From Octopus sinensis (Eukaryota), in assembly GCF_006345805.1 (NCBI RefSeq), contig NC_043002.1, positions 95,108,001 to 95,172,000 of the forward strand: 64,000 nucleotides of DNA, given 5' to 3'. The notes under the pieces were generated by a model that worked only from the letters and a program-made list of their open reading frames with translations, did not search any database and was not told where the DNA came from. This document shows positions 1 to 14,799 of the stretch, piece after piece. The position numbers and the translations under genes are program-made. Each line of letters starts with the position of its first letter. Position 1 is the stretch's first letter.

Positions 1-3000
1 CCCAGACACAACAGAACATGCTTCAACACACGAACTCACATAAAGAATCTTGCAAACCAAATCCAAAAACGAAATGGTTAGATTGGCATCAGTAAGGTGA
101 TAATTATGAATCACGGCATCTTCAGTCCTTTAACATTCACATTAGTCAGTCAAAACTAATGCTTATTGTTCATTTTGTTTTGAATTAATCATACATTATC
201 TTGTAACTATGAGATTTTGATGAGGTAACTGTTGTTAATTTTTTGAGAATGATATTTTTGGGTTGGTGTGAAAAACCAGATCTAGCCAGTCTGAACATAA
301 AACTGGTAGAATATTTTTGCCAGATATGGCCCGTTTAAAAGTGAAATCTGTCCATCTATGATGATGATAGAGATGACAATGAACTTTAAGAAAAATCAGT
401 TTGATATATCTTCTAAACTTTAAATAAATTGATTTGTTGTTTGTTGTTCTTTTTCACTTTATCTAAATTCTCATCTAATATTGAATGAAATTAAGATAAA
501 TTCATTCAATAATCATCATTTATCGCTGCTTTGACATCTTGTTGATTGCACAAGGCATAGAATCTGCCATAGCAATTATCTATCTATCTGTCTGTTTGTC
601 TTTCTGTCTGTATATATGTGTGGATAGATTGATAGATAACATATATATATAAGGTCTAAAATATAAACTCTTATCAAATAAATCTGTAAGCTTGATCCCT
701 ATTTCAAATTACTATAGATCATATAAAAATAAAAGGGAACTTGAGAAGAATTTCATGAGCCAAATTTATTCTGGAAGATTTATTTATTTAGTTAATTTAT
801 TTATGTATTTATTTATTTTGCATGAATATTAATCAATATTATTCATGTCTAATAAAATGAAACAAATCAATCCAGTTTTTTTGTGATTTTTTTTGTTTTT
901 TTTTTGCTTTCACATTATTTTTAGTTGTTTTTTTTTTCCATTTCTTTTATTCTTTTATTTTTTATCACTATTATTTTCATCTGACTCATAATCAGCTAGA
1001 TCAATACCGATAGCTAGATTTATTGCCTCTTTGAAGTCTGCATAACATTTTGTGCTAGAAGTGGTTTATTTAGCAACATTGATAATACCCCTGTGCTACA
1101 TGTAGTTTCAACACAAAATGTCTCTTCTGATCTGAAAAACTGGTGTAATGAATTCAGTAGTTTAAAAACCAAAATATGATGCCACTTATTTACAAAAGGC
1201 CTCTTTTTTTTATATTAGTGTTAACAATTTTATTACATAACATAAATTGTCTCTTTCAGACTATTGCTAATAGTTTAATCATTATTGTCATTCCCACTGC
1301 CAATACAGTCACTAACTACTGTTATAAATGTTATCATAAATCACAATGTGTCACACAGCATCTATTGTATCTCCCACAACATACTTTAAGACTCTTCAGA
1401 GTGCTGTTTTTACTGCATATAAAATATCTCCAGGTTTCTCTCACAAGGTAGCCAACTCATTCCAGCTGTTGAAATGGTGAAAATTCAGCTATAGAACTTT
1501 CCTCAAGTTATTGTTTTTTTTCCCCCCAGTTCAGCCATGATCAGCTATATATCTATGATTAACACTTTTGCTGCCATATTTCTGTTGAAATACATTGTCT
1601 TTTTTTTTCTATTCATTTTGAAAAATATTGAAGAATTTAGTAAAATAACATCATTAAGTGAGCGTTTGAAGCATGAATTAACATGAAAGTTTGATGTAAA
1701 GTTTTCCTTAAGATCACCCTCCATTCTCCCTCATGTATCTACGTGTGCACGATACATCCTTTTTAAACCCCTCCCCCAGCATATCTTCCTAATATCCACT
1801 CCCTCTACTAGTATCCACTCATTACATTCCACCCACCACCTGTGCTCCCACTCTCCTTTGGAAATCTTGTGAACTCGCCCATCTGCTTACTCTCTCCAGT
1901 CCCTGGTCCACATCACTATATACGGCACCTTGTACCTTGAGTGTACGGTCCATGCCCCATCCCCGTCATATCTTCACCATCTCTCCTCTCTCTCTCCATT
2001 TGAGATAGTCATGTCTTCCTTCTAACATTAGATACTTTTTCTGTCCCTCAGTACTACCCCTGCCTGCCTCAGTTGTGATGTCTTGTCCTGCAAATTACCT
2101 GATGACCTCACTGCTGTTGGTGCCATGTAAAAAGCACCCAGTACACTCTGTAAAGGGGTCAGTGTTATGAAGGACATCAGCGATAGAAACAACCGTGTCA
2201 AAACAGACAGCAGAGCTTGGTGCATTCTTCTGACTTGCCAGTTCCTGTCAAACTGTCTTACCCATGCCAGCATAGAAAATGGAGTTACATGATGATGATG
2301 ATCATCATCATCATAATGCATCAAATTTATTGTTCAACAAAGTTTGCACTATTTATATATACAGCTGACCAATACATCACTTCTTTAAATTCAATAATAA
2401 AGTGTCATTAGCTGTATACAACATGATATCAACATCTACACTCACAAATATATCACTTAAATACATAGAATGTTATATATCTCTCTTCCTTGAAATATTA
2501 TTGAGCTGCCAAAAGAAAACTTTAACATATACTTTAAATAAAAAAAAAAGAAATTAAAAACCTGTTATAATGTACTTAACCTTTTCCAAGATGCCATGTT
2601 AAATATCAGAAGTTGGAATATAGAAATAAATTTTAAAATCCTTTTTTAATTTATTTCCATACTTTCTTTATTGAATCTATAGAAAAGTTGAATTTCCTCT
2701 TACATCATAAAATTATAATCAATGGCTTGTATATAGACTTCTTTCTTATTTCTGTTACTGGGAGTGATATTGGCAATTTAATCAATCAAATATAGGTTCA
2801 GCTATTTTATCTGCAATTTACTTTTCTATTACCCATCTTTGGGGTAGTTACCTTGTCAAATACAGATGTTCATAATTTCTGTGGTTCATACAATAAGCTA
2901 AAAGTCTGAACCAAGTCAGTAGTTTTACAGACTATTTTGCGGTGTTCTGCTGTAAGAATTCCTATATTAAGTAAATTAATTACGTTTAAATTTCTAAGTG

Positions 3001-3120
3001 CTTCCAGAAGTGTGTGTGTGTGTGTGTGCATATGCACACATGCATATGTGTGTGTATGTGTGTGCACATGTATATGCATGTGTTTGTGCATATGTATATG
3101 CATGTGTATATATAATCATC

Positions 3121-3162
<42 letters not shown>

Positions 3163-4039
3163 TTACCAGCTTATCAAAAAATAGAAAATTAATATTTTAA
3201 TAGCTAACGCATTAATCATTAAATACAAAAATCAGGGTAAAAATTAATAATGCATATTTTAACATCTATGACTTCTTCAGCCTCAGTGCATGTCACTTAT
3301 AATATCATAGGTACTGGAAAATGTTGGAATTTTCACTCATTTTTTAAAAACTAAATGACTTTAAATCAATGTTAGGGACAGAACTTCAGTGAATGTTTTC
3401 AGACATTAAATATGATGTGCATTTTAATATTTATTAATGTTAAGTTGGTGAACTGTGTTGGACACAATACTTAGCAGTATTACTGCCAGATCTTTATGTT
3501 CCGAGTTCAAATTTCACCTAGGGTGACTTTACTTCTCACTCTTTTAGGCTTCATAAAATATAGACCAATTGAACAGTGGGTTTGATGTAATCAACTAACT
3601 CCACATCCATGCCCCTAAAATTACTGACCTTGTACCAAAATTTAAAACAAAGGCAGCAGGCTAGCACTATCATTACTGCGCCAGACAAAATTCTTAGCAG
3701 CATTTCTTCTGGCTCTTTACACTCTGAGTTCAAAGGCCACTAAGGATGATTTTGCTTTCATTCTTTCCTGAGCAATAAAATATGTACTAAGGCCAATGTA
3801 ATCAGCTTACTCTTTCCCTCAAAATTCCTGCTTTTGTGCTAACAATTTAAAACCATTTTTATTGCTTTTGTTGTGTCATTAAAAGCTTTGGCTTCACTAT
3901 TGTCATTTTGATGGCAATATGAATGATTATAAGTTGGCACACCAGGCAAAATGCTTTGAGGCATTTCAGCCATCTGTACATTCTGAGTTCAAATTCTGCC
4001 AAGATGGACTTTGCCTTTCATCCTTTTGGGGTTGATTAA

Positions 4040-4260
4040 CCCTTTAGCATTTAAACCGGCCATATCCGGCCAAAAGTATTCTGCCTGTTTTATGTTCAAA
4101 CTGGCCAGATCTGGTCTCTCACACCAACCCTACAATATCGTTTTAAAAATTAACAGCTACCTCATCAAAATCTCAAAGCTACAAGATAATGCCTGATTAA
4201 TTCAAGGCAATGTGGATGAAAAAGCATTAATTTTGGTAGAATAATGCGAACACTAAAGGG
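4040..4260. mobile_element. piggyBac-like MITE nested in a SINE (related copies ~127-340, 5250-5580, 9220-9830)
   Basis: TTAA|CCCTTTAG ... CTAAAGGG|TTAA. Confidence 0.8.
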
Positions 4261-6287
4261 TTAAATGAGTACCAGTTGAAAACGGGGTCGATGTAATTGA
4301 CTTAACCCCTACCCTGAAATTGCTGGCCTTGTGCCAAAATTTGAAACCAGTAGAATAACCTCAGGATTCTGAACCTTTCAGATTAAATGACAAGGACCAA
4401 GATACCTGGCACCTTGCTGTACTCAAGAAGACCCTTACTCCATGGTGAAGAGAATTGGCCAGCAAGAGTCCTGTGCTGGTGCTGTGTAAAAAGTGCTTGT
4501 GCCAGTGCCACGTGGTGGCATGTAAAAGCACCCAGGACATGCAGTAGAGTGGATGGCATTAGGAAGTGCATCCTGCTATAGAAGCCATGCCAAATCAGAC
4601 TGGAACCTGGTGCAGCTCTCCGGCTTGCCAGCATGGAAACTGAATGTTAAATGATGATGATGATTATGCTCATTCTCATGGCTGAAGGTTGGGGCCTCAA
4701 ACATAACCCCCACTCTTCACTACATACTGCAGTCTTATGCTGTGGCTATATTCTCCAGTAGATTCTTTTCTCCGCTGCTTCCAGTCTTTGATGTCTATGT
4801 TCCATTTTCACCTTTGTCACATGCCCATTCTGTATTTTGTTGCAATAATGATAGTTAATTCTACACAGGTTTTTTCCCAACTGCAGTTAGGCACCACAGT
4901 GTAAAACCAGCTTCTGTGAGACGTGTCAAACATATGAGCTGACCATAGTTGTAGGTGTGATAGAATTGGTGCCTTGGAATAATGGAAGAATGCTCATTGT
5001 AGTTAATGAATATGATTTGATTTTATAGTGCTGCTAATGTTTTTAGCTCACACAACTAGAATCCTATGTGTTTCTCACTTTTGATAGTCAACAACCAGGA
5101 AGCAAAGTGAATATAGATTCCAGTTTCCAACTAGATGAAAATTTACTGTAGTTCATTTGTCACCAACAAACTAATTTGTCTTTTTGCTATTATTTTATTG
5201 GTTTCTTCTCCCTCTCTAAATTCATTTAGTTACAGTTCTGAATAGTTAACCCTTTAGTGTTTAAACTGGCCCTATCTGGTTCAAATATTCTACTTGTTAA
5301 TATGTTAAATCTATCCAGATCTATTCTCTTACACCTATCCAACAATGTCATTCTAAAAATAAACAATCAAATCCCTGAAATATCAGATCTATGAAACAAT
5401 CCTTTCTACTATAGATACAAGACCTGAAATTTCAGAGGTGGGGGTAAGTCAATTACATTAACCTCAGTACTCAACTGGTACTTATTTTATTGACCCTGAA
5501 AGGGTGAAAGGCAGATTATCTCAAAACAATGGGAATAAATAAAGTATTACATTTGACAGAGTAATCTGAGCGCTAAAGAGTTAAAGTATTTCTTTGAAAA
5601 TAGTATGTTCTATACATTGCTTTTCCATTTTATTTATTTACTTTTTAGTATTAAGGATTTGCCTTTATAATTCTTGGCAATAATGAAGATTGTACTTGTG
5701 CTTTGTATTTTTGTCTTGGAGCCACAAGAAATGAGTGAACTGCTTTACTGAGTTATTCATCCTCAGAAAATTTCTCTTTAAGAATTTTGGAAAAAAGATC
5801 CTCAAAGCCAATTGTATTTCAAGAAAGAGATTTCTATTTATGTGGGAAAATTTTCTAAAGTAGCAACTCCTTTATTCTCATTGCTATTTCATTCTTTGGT
5901 GTTCTGGTCATCATTTTTGCTAACAGCTTTGTAGGTTTTAAATAGTATTCCTTACATTTCATTTAAACATAGAACTATATCTTCTAACATATGCCATTTC
6001 TATAGATAGATTTTATGACTGTTTTAATTGTGAACTAATTTAATGTTTTTGAAAGGTACTAAGGTGTCCAAAGTGATATTAGAAGCAAGGCTATGAATTC
6101 AAATTTGAAATTTTAATTGAACATTTAACTGATTTTGTTACTGAAATAATGTTTTTTTATTATCTTCTATATGTTTTTTTATATATTGGAATTATAGTAA
6201 ACATCACTTACCTTGCCAGTTATTTGCAGTGATTTCAGTTTAATGGACAATGGCAAATAACAGTATAGTGCTACCAGTTTCTTGATG

Positions 6288-6508
6288 TAACTCTTTTGAC
6301 GCCAACCCAACTGAGACCATCCCTGGTTCTGTGATACAAACTTCCTGTTTTCAAGTAATCTAAATTAAAGTTCTCCAAAATTTTGTGTTAATTTATGTTC
6401 CAAGCACCAAGTCAAGAATGACAAAGTTATGTTAAATTCTTCCTTGTTTTCAAAATTACTCAAAACAGGAATTATATTTCAACAAAAATACAATAACGAA
6501 ATGATTAA
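6288..6508. mobile_element. Older dispersed MITE-like repeat (copies ~14950-15362, 40013-40215)
   Basis: Shared CTGAGACC..CTGGTTCT.TGATACAAAC..TTT.AAGT.ATCTAAATTAAA core. Confidence 0.5.
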
Positions 6509-7384
6509 ATATTGTGTAGTTCTGAGATTTCTCCATCATTGGATGTAATTGTTATTCAACCTCAGTTCAAATTTGATCAAGCTGATTTACTGATCAAGAA
6601 TATTCTAGTAATGGCCATACTATGTGTTTAGTTGTATCAAGGACTATCTCTTGTAACCATCCTTCTCTTTCTTTCTTTCTTTTTTTTTTTTTTTTTTTTT
6701 TGGTTTAAGACAGTGAGGTAGATTTGGTTACTCTTCCTAGCAGGTTGAATATGGTCACATCCAGCAGTATTTTCCAACTTTTTCCGTGCCTTGCATTCCT
6801 GGGAAGTTCTTGATGAATTTTCACGCCCTTACAAATGTAATATCACATTTGAAGATGGCAAAGTTAATTGACTAATAACTAATTGGTTTTGTTTTGTTTT
6901 TTTTTCTTTTATTCTTTTAAGGGGTTGTACTTGCTTGGCAAATGGTTTTGACCTGAGACTGTGTTCAAACTAAAAAAATTGCTGCATAGAAGACACAAGT
7001 TAGCCATTTAGAGCTACACCAAGACTGTTAACTTCACTTAACATTTATCGTTTATAATATGGTGTCAAAATTTTCATTGCTTCAAACTGTAACCTGGTCA
7101 CTGACAAATGTTTACTACATCTAAAATTCTTTGATTATATCGCTAAATATATAGTTTTAGATGTTTTCTTTTTACTGTTGTTTTTGTTTTTGTTGGCGTA
7201 GGTCAGTCGTTCTGGTCAAGTGCTCATAGCTGGTCAGTTATCAATGATTTTTGGCATTTAGCTATCTTGTATATTCCTTCTTCTCTTGTTCATTCTCTCT
7301 TTCTTTTGGCATCTTTTTATGAAGAACACAATGTGAGTCAGAAGACTAAAAGTTTCAAAGAGTGGCTTTCTGGACAGGGCAAGT

Positions 7385-7685
7385 TTGTGTAGTAGTAATA
7401 GTAGTTGTAGTGGTTCTTGTTTTAGTAGTAGTCCTGATGATACCTGTAGTGATGGTGTTATAGTTTGTTGTAACAGTAGTGGTGGCAGTACCAATGGCTG
7501 TTGTAATAGTACTTGTCATAGTAGCAGCAACACTAATGGTAGTAGTTGCTGTTGTAGCTGCAGTGGTGGTGGTAGAATCTGCAATAGTAGTAGTAATAAT
7601 AGTAGTCGTAGCAATAACAATGGTAACAGTAAAATAATACACTTATGTACTAACAATACTAGTAATTATAATGATATTAACAATA
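7385..7685. repeat. Degenerate trinucleotide (GTA/GTG/ATA) low-complexity tract
   Basis: Produces spurious Thr-rich and Ser/Cys-rich ORFs. Confidence 0.85.
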
Positions 7686-7848
7686 GGCACTGGCGTGGCT
7701 GTGTGGTAAGAAGCTTGCTTCCCAACCACACGTTTCTGAGTTCAGTCCCACCGTGTGGCACCTTCAGCAAGTGTTCTCTCCTATAATCTGCAGGCCAACT
7801 AAAGCCTTATGAGTGGATTGATTTGGTTGACAGAAACTGAAAGAAGCT

Positions 7849-7902
<54 letters not shown>

Positions 7903-7939
7903 ACGTACTTATACATACATATACATACATGCATACATA

Positions 7940-7975
<36 letters not shown>

Positions 7976-8394
7976 CATACATATACATATATATATACAT
8001 ATATGCATATTTATATATATATATATGTATATGTATCTATGTGTGTGTGTGTCTTTATGTTTGTGTGTGTGTGTCCCCAATCATTGCTTGACTACTGTTG
8101 TTGGTGTGTTTACATCCCTGTACCATAGTGGTTCAGCAAAAGAGACCAATAGAATGAGTACTAGGCTCATGAAATAGGTCCTGGGGTTGATCTGTTTGAC
8201 TAAAACCCATCAGTGACTGAAAGAAGTAAAAGAATAATAAAAATAATAGGCAATAATAAAACATTAAAGATATTAATAATAAAGACAAAAGAATGAGGAG
8301 AGAAGAGAGACAAGAAAGAGGGTTAGAGAGAGGGAGGAAAATGAAGTTAGGTGGGAGAGACAAAAATAAATAAATATATATATATTAACAAGCA

Positions 8395-8795
8395 AGAGTG
8401 GCTGTGTGATAAGTAGCTTGCTTACCAACCACATGGTTCCGGGTTCATTCCCACTGCGTAGCACCTTGGGCAAGTGTCTTCTACTATAGCCTCGGGCTGA
8501 CCAAAGCCTTGTGAGTGGACTTGGTAGACGGAGACTGGAAGAAGCCCATCGTATATATGTATATATATATATGTATGTGTGTATATGTTTGTGTGTCTGT
8601 GTTTGTCCCTCCACCATTGCTTGACAACCGACGGTGGTGTGTTTACGTACCCGTAACTTAGCAATTCAGCAAAAGACACTGATAGAATATGTACTAGGCT
8701 TACAAAGAATAAGTCCTGGGGTCGATTTACTCGACTAAAAAGTGGTACTCCAGCATGGCCGCAGTCAAATGAATGAAACAAGTAAAAGAGTAAGC
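8395..8795 (+). mobile_element. tRNA-derived CORE-type SINE (family A) with internal (TA)/(TG) tract; copies ~7687-8220, 9376-9795, 12010-12140, 13750-14115(-), 14207-14512, 14566-14945(-), 31500-32028(-), 60750-60968
   Basis: A box TGGCTGTGTGG, B box GGTTCAGTCCC, CORE-like CCTTGGGCAAGTGTCT, tail GAAACAAGTAAAAGAGTAA. Confidence 0.85.
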
Positions 8796-11328
8796 TCACT
8801 GGCTGATTGCAACACCAGTGCCTGTTTTGGCACTGTTTTTCTATATATTGCTGGTGAGGAGATGAGTCACTGCTATCTCTAGTGGTTGAGCCTCCATCAT
8901 TGACAAGACCAAGGAAGATCAAAATCACGTGATCTGGTGATCTCGGTGCAGGAGATGGCAGGGATTTATTTCCCCACTAGAAATATGAGCAAGAATGCAT
9001 TTTGTACCGAAAACCAATGTTAGCGTTTTTCTCATGATCTCTACTGCAGTATGGGTTATTCTAACAGAACAGCCGTGTTTAAGTGAGGATAAATTAGTAA
9101 TTGTTTTTTAATTGGACTATGTACAGTACTGTAGATGAAAAAAGTGAACTAAAGAAGGGAAAGAGCTTTTGGTTTAGTGCATAAAATGCATGTGTAAATT
9201 AAGCAATTAGAAAAATCTATAACCCTTTTGCATTTAAGCTGGTCATATCTAGACCAAATATTCTACCAGCCAGATCCAGGATTTCACATTTACTCCACAA
9301 AATCATTCTAAAAATAAACCATTACATCATTGAAACCTTGAAGCTATAAGACAATGTAGGATTAATTCAAAACAGTGTGATAAGAAGCTTGCTTCCCAAC
9401 CACATAATTTGTGATTCAGTCTCACTGCATGGCATCTTGGGCAAGTGTCTTCTAATATAGCCTCGGGCCAACCAAAGCCTTATGAGTGGATTTGGTAGAT
9501 GGAAACTGAGAGAAGCCTGTCATGTCTATATATATGTGTGTGTGTGTGTATGCATATATGTATGTGTGTGTGTCATTGTGTCTCTGTCCATCCCCTCGCT
9601 ACCACTTGACAACTGGTGTTGATGCGTTTTACACCCCTAAAACTTAGCAGTTCAGCAAAAGAGACCAATAGAATAAATAAGTACTAGGTATAAAAACATA
9701 AGTCCTAAGGTTGATTTGTTTAACTAAAAAAAAACCTTTGAAGGCAGTGCTCCAGTATAACCATTGTCAAATGACTGAAATAAATAGAAGAAAGATTCAA
9801 CAGAATACTCTAAATGTTAAATGGCTAAACCATGAAATCAGTCACAGTTAAATCCACATATGTAGAATAATAAAATTCTTTGTATGTTGAATAGGATTAC
9901 ATTATTTGTGAGAATTACTTATTGATTTTATTCATCAAAACAATTTTAATAAAGCATATGCTTTCTTTCTTTGTTGCATGCCATGAAATCCTCACTGAGA
10001 TCCCTAAGTGGAACAGGCACCCCAGGTTATGAACTTTTGGTTCAGAGGCTTCCTTGTTAACTATTTTACATTGAAAATGATAATTATGAACCAGCAAAGA
10101 ATATTTATTTTCATATCTTAACCTTCTGCTTGCTTGCTTGCTTTGTTTAAAATAGTTGAAAGACAAAAAAATAAATAAATAAATAATATAAAAGAATTTT
10201 CAACTTTAATTATTAAAAACTGTCGGTTTTTTTCCACCCAAAGAATTTCCCTTTTAAATCTTAATTTCTTTTTAAAGTCTGCACAATATAAACAACTTAA
10301 TGTTTATATCCATGCAGTCTAATCTAAACACAACCAATGGAGCAGACTGTCCAAAAGTTTTGATAAGATCTTTTTTTTCTTTCTTCTTTCCATATAATAA
10401 AGAATAGTGAAAAGTTTTGTTAAAAAAAAAAAAACATCACAAAAACTGCAAGGTAACTAACTGTCTTCAATCATTTTCTAATCTTTACTTTTGTACAACT
10501 TCCAAACTTTACGTCTACTCTAAGGACATTCATTAGACTAGAAAATGTACATGATTAATTTTCGTGATATTCTTTTACTTTCCACATAAGGTAGATATTT
10601 ATTACCAGATTAATTATCTAAACACTCTTGCCGCAATAATAAACCATTTCCATTCAATCAGTGAAGGATAGATCATATTTACATTAATGCTGAATCAAAT
10701 TTGTAACATAATGCTTACAATTAAATTCTTAAGATATTTTATCTACCTACTTCATATGTTGGAAACTGCTTAAACAAAACATTATCTTCTATAACTATAG
10801 TTTTATTTATTTCATATTTTATTATCATTGTGTTCAAGAAAGGCCCAACATTGGAATGTTTGGCTAAAATAGGGGTGTGTTCATGTGAAATTAGTGTGGC
10901 TGTTGACTTTGGAACACCAGGAAGATTATTTACAAAACTAGCAGATACCTAATGTTATTGACTGGGAATATTTACTACAGTAGCTACAGGCACATAAACT
11001 TATGTGTTCATCCGAGCGTGGCCGTTCGCCAGCCTCGTCTGGCACCTGTGTCGGTGGCACATAAAAACACCATCCGAGCGTGGCCGTCTGCCAGCCTCGT
11101 CTGGCACCTGTGTCGGTGGCACATAAAATCACCCACTACACTCTCGGAGTGGTTGGCGTTAGGAAGGGCATCCAGCTGTAGAAACACTGCCAGATCTGAC
11201 TGGCCTGGTGCAGCCTTCGAGCTTGCCAGACCCCAGTTGAACCGTCCAACCCATGCTAGCATGGAAAGCGGATGTTAAACGATGATGATGATGATGATAT
11301 ATATATAGATAGATTATTTTATATTTTA

Positions 11329-11712
11329 CTAGCAGTATCGCCCGGCGTTGCTCGGGTTTGTAAGGGAAATAACTATATAAGCATTTTTAGAGATGTAAAG
11401 TATAATAGCCATCTCAATATGGCTAACCACAAAGGGGGGTGTTACTGTAGCTTTTTACGTTCTGAGATTTAATAATACATTTTTAGAGAGTTACTTCCCT
11501 TATATAATAGCAAAAAAATGGGAAAAAATGATGGTAAATTTTTTTTTAAATCATAGACTCATCGTAGACGCGCACTAATACCCAGAAGGGCTCGATATGA
11601 ATCACGACTATAAGATACCCGCTTTTGGTTACACTGCACCGCAAAATGTGGGAGTAGTTATGAATCTAAATCGTAGGAGACAGACACACAACTTTAGTTT
11701 TATATATAAAGA
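11329..11712 (-). mobile_element. Non-autonomous Helitron
   Basis: On - strand: A|TCTTTATATATAAAA ... hairpin CCCGAGCAACGCCGGG ... CTAG|T. Confidence 0.8.
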
Positions 11713-11942
11713 TTACTGTCTGTATTATTTATATTTTGAATTATTAAAAAGTTATGAAGAGTCCTGATGATTGGGGTTGTAGTTAAGACATGTTTCTGAA
11801 AAAGACTGAGTGTCTAGGGAATGTTAACACGTGTAGAAAAGAAATTTGGAACTGAAATAGTAAATATTAAAATAAAATTCTATGATATGGTGTGATGTCT
11901 ATTAGGATTTGATGAATTGCATGGGGACTTCTATCTCTAAAT

Positions 11943-11984
<42 letters not shown>

Positions 11985-12579
11985 CGTTGATTGTTTACTT
12001 GTTTCATGCATACATGATTGTGTGGTTAAGAAATTTACTTCCCAACTACATGGTTTGGAATTCAGTCTCACTGCATGGCACCTTGGACAAATCTCTTCTA
12101 CTCTAGCCCTGGACAAACCAAAGCCTTGTGAGTGAGTTTGTGTGTGTGCATGCATGTATGCTGGGGAAAATGCACAGCAGTATTTCGTCGTTCTGAGTTC
12201 AAATTCTTCACGTTCTGAGTTCAAATTCTGCTGAGGTCAGCTTTGCCTTTTTTCATTTCAGAATCAGTAAAATAAGTACCAGTTGAGCACTGGAGTTGAT
12301 GTAATCAGCCTATCCACTTTACCGAAATTCCTTGTTCCAAAATTTGAAACCAATATATTCTGTGGGATGGGTGGTAAATTGCACATCTGGATAGATTTCT
12401 TCTCATCTGAAGTTTGTATAAAGAGTATAGTTACAGTAGAGATAAATGTGTCCTCAAATTTTAATGTATATTATGATTGCAATTAACCAACTTATTGTTA
12501 TCTGTAGTGCATATATCATAATCACAATACAATGCCCAAATATACATCTATTTTTAAACATAATTTTTTTTAAATGCAG

Positions 12580-12708
12580 ATTTTCTACCATCCTACTCAA
12601 AAGATACTTATTTATCTAAATATCATTTTCAAATATCACATATGGAAGTTATTTGAAGATGTATAAGGAAGTTCAAAACATCAAAAGTATATGCATCGCA
12701 TTGAATAG
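12580..12708 (+). other. Candidate exon (probably 5' UTR)
   Basis: TTTTTTTTAAATGCAG acceptor, TAG|GTTTGT donor; no fully open frame; ATG at 12659 open to the donor. Confidence 0.3.
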
Positions 12709-14768
12709 GTTTGTTCTTTTCAAATTGAAATATTTGGCTTAATGCTTCTCTGATTATTGTGTTCTTGCATTGTTGTTACTAGGAATTGAAAACAATGTTA
12801 TTAATTACATTTCAAAAGAGAAAACATTTTATATTGTACTGTAATTATTTAAATCATTCCTTTCACAGTTGTAATTACCAAGTGTTTATCATTCCCTTGA
12901 GATATTTTACATAACTTGCCTAGCATCCATATTGAAAATGCATAAATATAAACAATAATGACAATGTATTTAGTACAAAATTTCATCGATATATAATAGT
13001 GCAGTATTTTTTCTTTAAATCTTATGATATATAAGGTATGAAAGAGAAAGCAGTCCAAGTTGGTATCTGAAATTTACTTTTATAAACTATCTGATTCCCA
13101 TATGAATATCTATTTATTTATTGACAAGTAACAGTTTGCTGTGTGCTGGTTTTATTGTCATTGTTGTTGATGGTGATGGTGTGTGTGTGTGTGTGTCTCA
13201 AATAACCACTTTAAAATATCATTCCCCAGTTTTTATTTCAAAATCTCATTAATTGTTGAATTTGTAAAATCCACTGATTGCGAGATTTGTAAAAATCTCT
13301 ATTATTAAAGTTAATTAATCAAGGAATGTTAAGTAGCATTACATGCCACTTAACACCAATTATTTATTATCTGTATCAGTTTTATTAATTTTCTTTTTCA
13401 AAATATAAATCCCTTGAATAACAAATTAACAATTATATTAATTGTTTAAAATGTTATGATTATGAAATGGATTTCCTGTTCACAACACAATAACTATTAT
13501 TTTACTAATTTAATGTTAATAAATTCACCTCAAACCTTAATAAGTTTATTACAGTCATTTATCAGTTATTTATGTGAGCTATTTTCTGCTCTTCTAAATC
13601 CAATTACGATTGAGCATTAAAATACATTCTAACCTTGTTAAAATTATACAAGAATGGGTTTCTAATTACATCTGGTTTTCTAATAGCTTCAGTTTAATTG
13701 TTATGCATAATTCTATTTATATTAATGTCAGAGTCTCAGTCTTCTTGTTGACTTTTTACTTGTTTCAGTCATTAGACTACGGCCATGCTGGGGCACCACC
13801 TTGAAGAATTTTAGTTGAATAAATTGACTCCAGTATTTTATTTTTTAAGCCCTGATACTTATTTTATCTGTTTCTTTTGCTAATCCACTAAGTTACAGGG
13901 ATATAAACACACACACACACACACACACACACATGCACATATATATATATATATATATATACATACATACATACAACAGGCTTCTTTTCAGTTTGTCTAC
14001 CAAATCCACTCATAAGGTTTTGGTCTGCTTTTATAGAAGACACTTGTCCAAGCTGCTACACAGTGGGACTGAACCCAGGACCATGTGGTTGGGAAGCAAA
14101 CTTCTTACCGCACACCTTATCGGTATTCTTTATTCATTTTGGGTTTCTTAACTGAATCCAAATCCCTTGTCAGTTTTCTAAAGTGTCCATTTTACCACAA
14201 CTTACTGGAGTGGCTGTGTGGTATGTAGCTTGCTAACCAACCACATGGTTCCAGGTTCAGTCCCACTGTGTGGCATCTTGGGCAAGTGTCTTCTGCTATA
14301 TCCCCGGGCCGACCAATGCCTTGTAAGTGGATTTGGTAGAAGGAAACTGAAAGAAGCCTGTCGTATATATGTATATATATATGTATGTGTGTGTGTCTGT
14401 GTTTGTCCCCTTAGCATTGCTTGACAACCGATGCTGGTGTGTTTACGTCCCCGTCCCTTAGCGGTTCGGCAAAAGACACCGATAGAATAAGTACTGAGCT
14501 TACAAAGAATAATAGTAAGAGTATGGTGGTGAGAATATCTTTTAATTACAAATATTAACACTTTAGTTACTCTTTTATTTGTTTCAGTCAATTGACTGCG
14601 GCTATGCTGGAGCACTGCCTTTAGTCAAGCAAATCAACCCCAGGACTTATTCTTTGTAAGCCTAGTACTTATTCTATCAGTTACTTTTGCTGAACCGCTA
14701 AGTTACGGGGACGTAAACACACCAGCATCGGTTGTCAAGCGATGTGGGGTGGGGGGGGGCAAACACAA

Positions 14769-14799
<31 letters not shown>

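Noticed and set aside
7355-8177. Thr/Ser/Cys-rich and Tyr-Ile ORFs
   Set aside because: Translations of tri- and dinucleotide microsatellites
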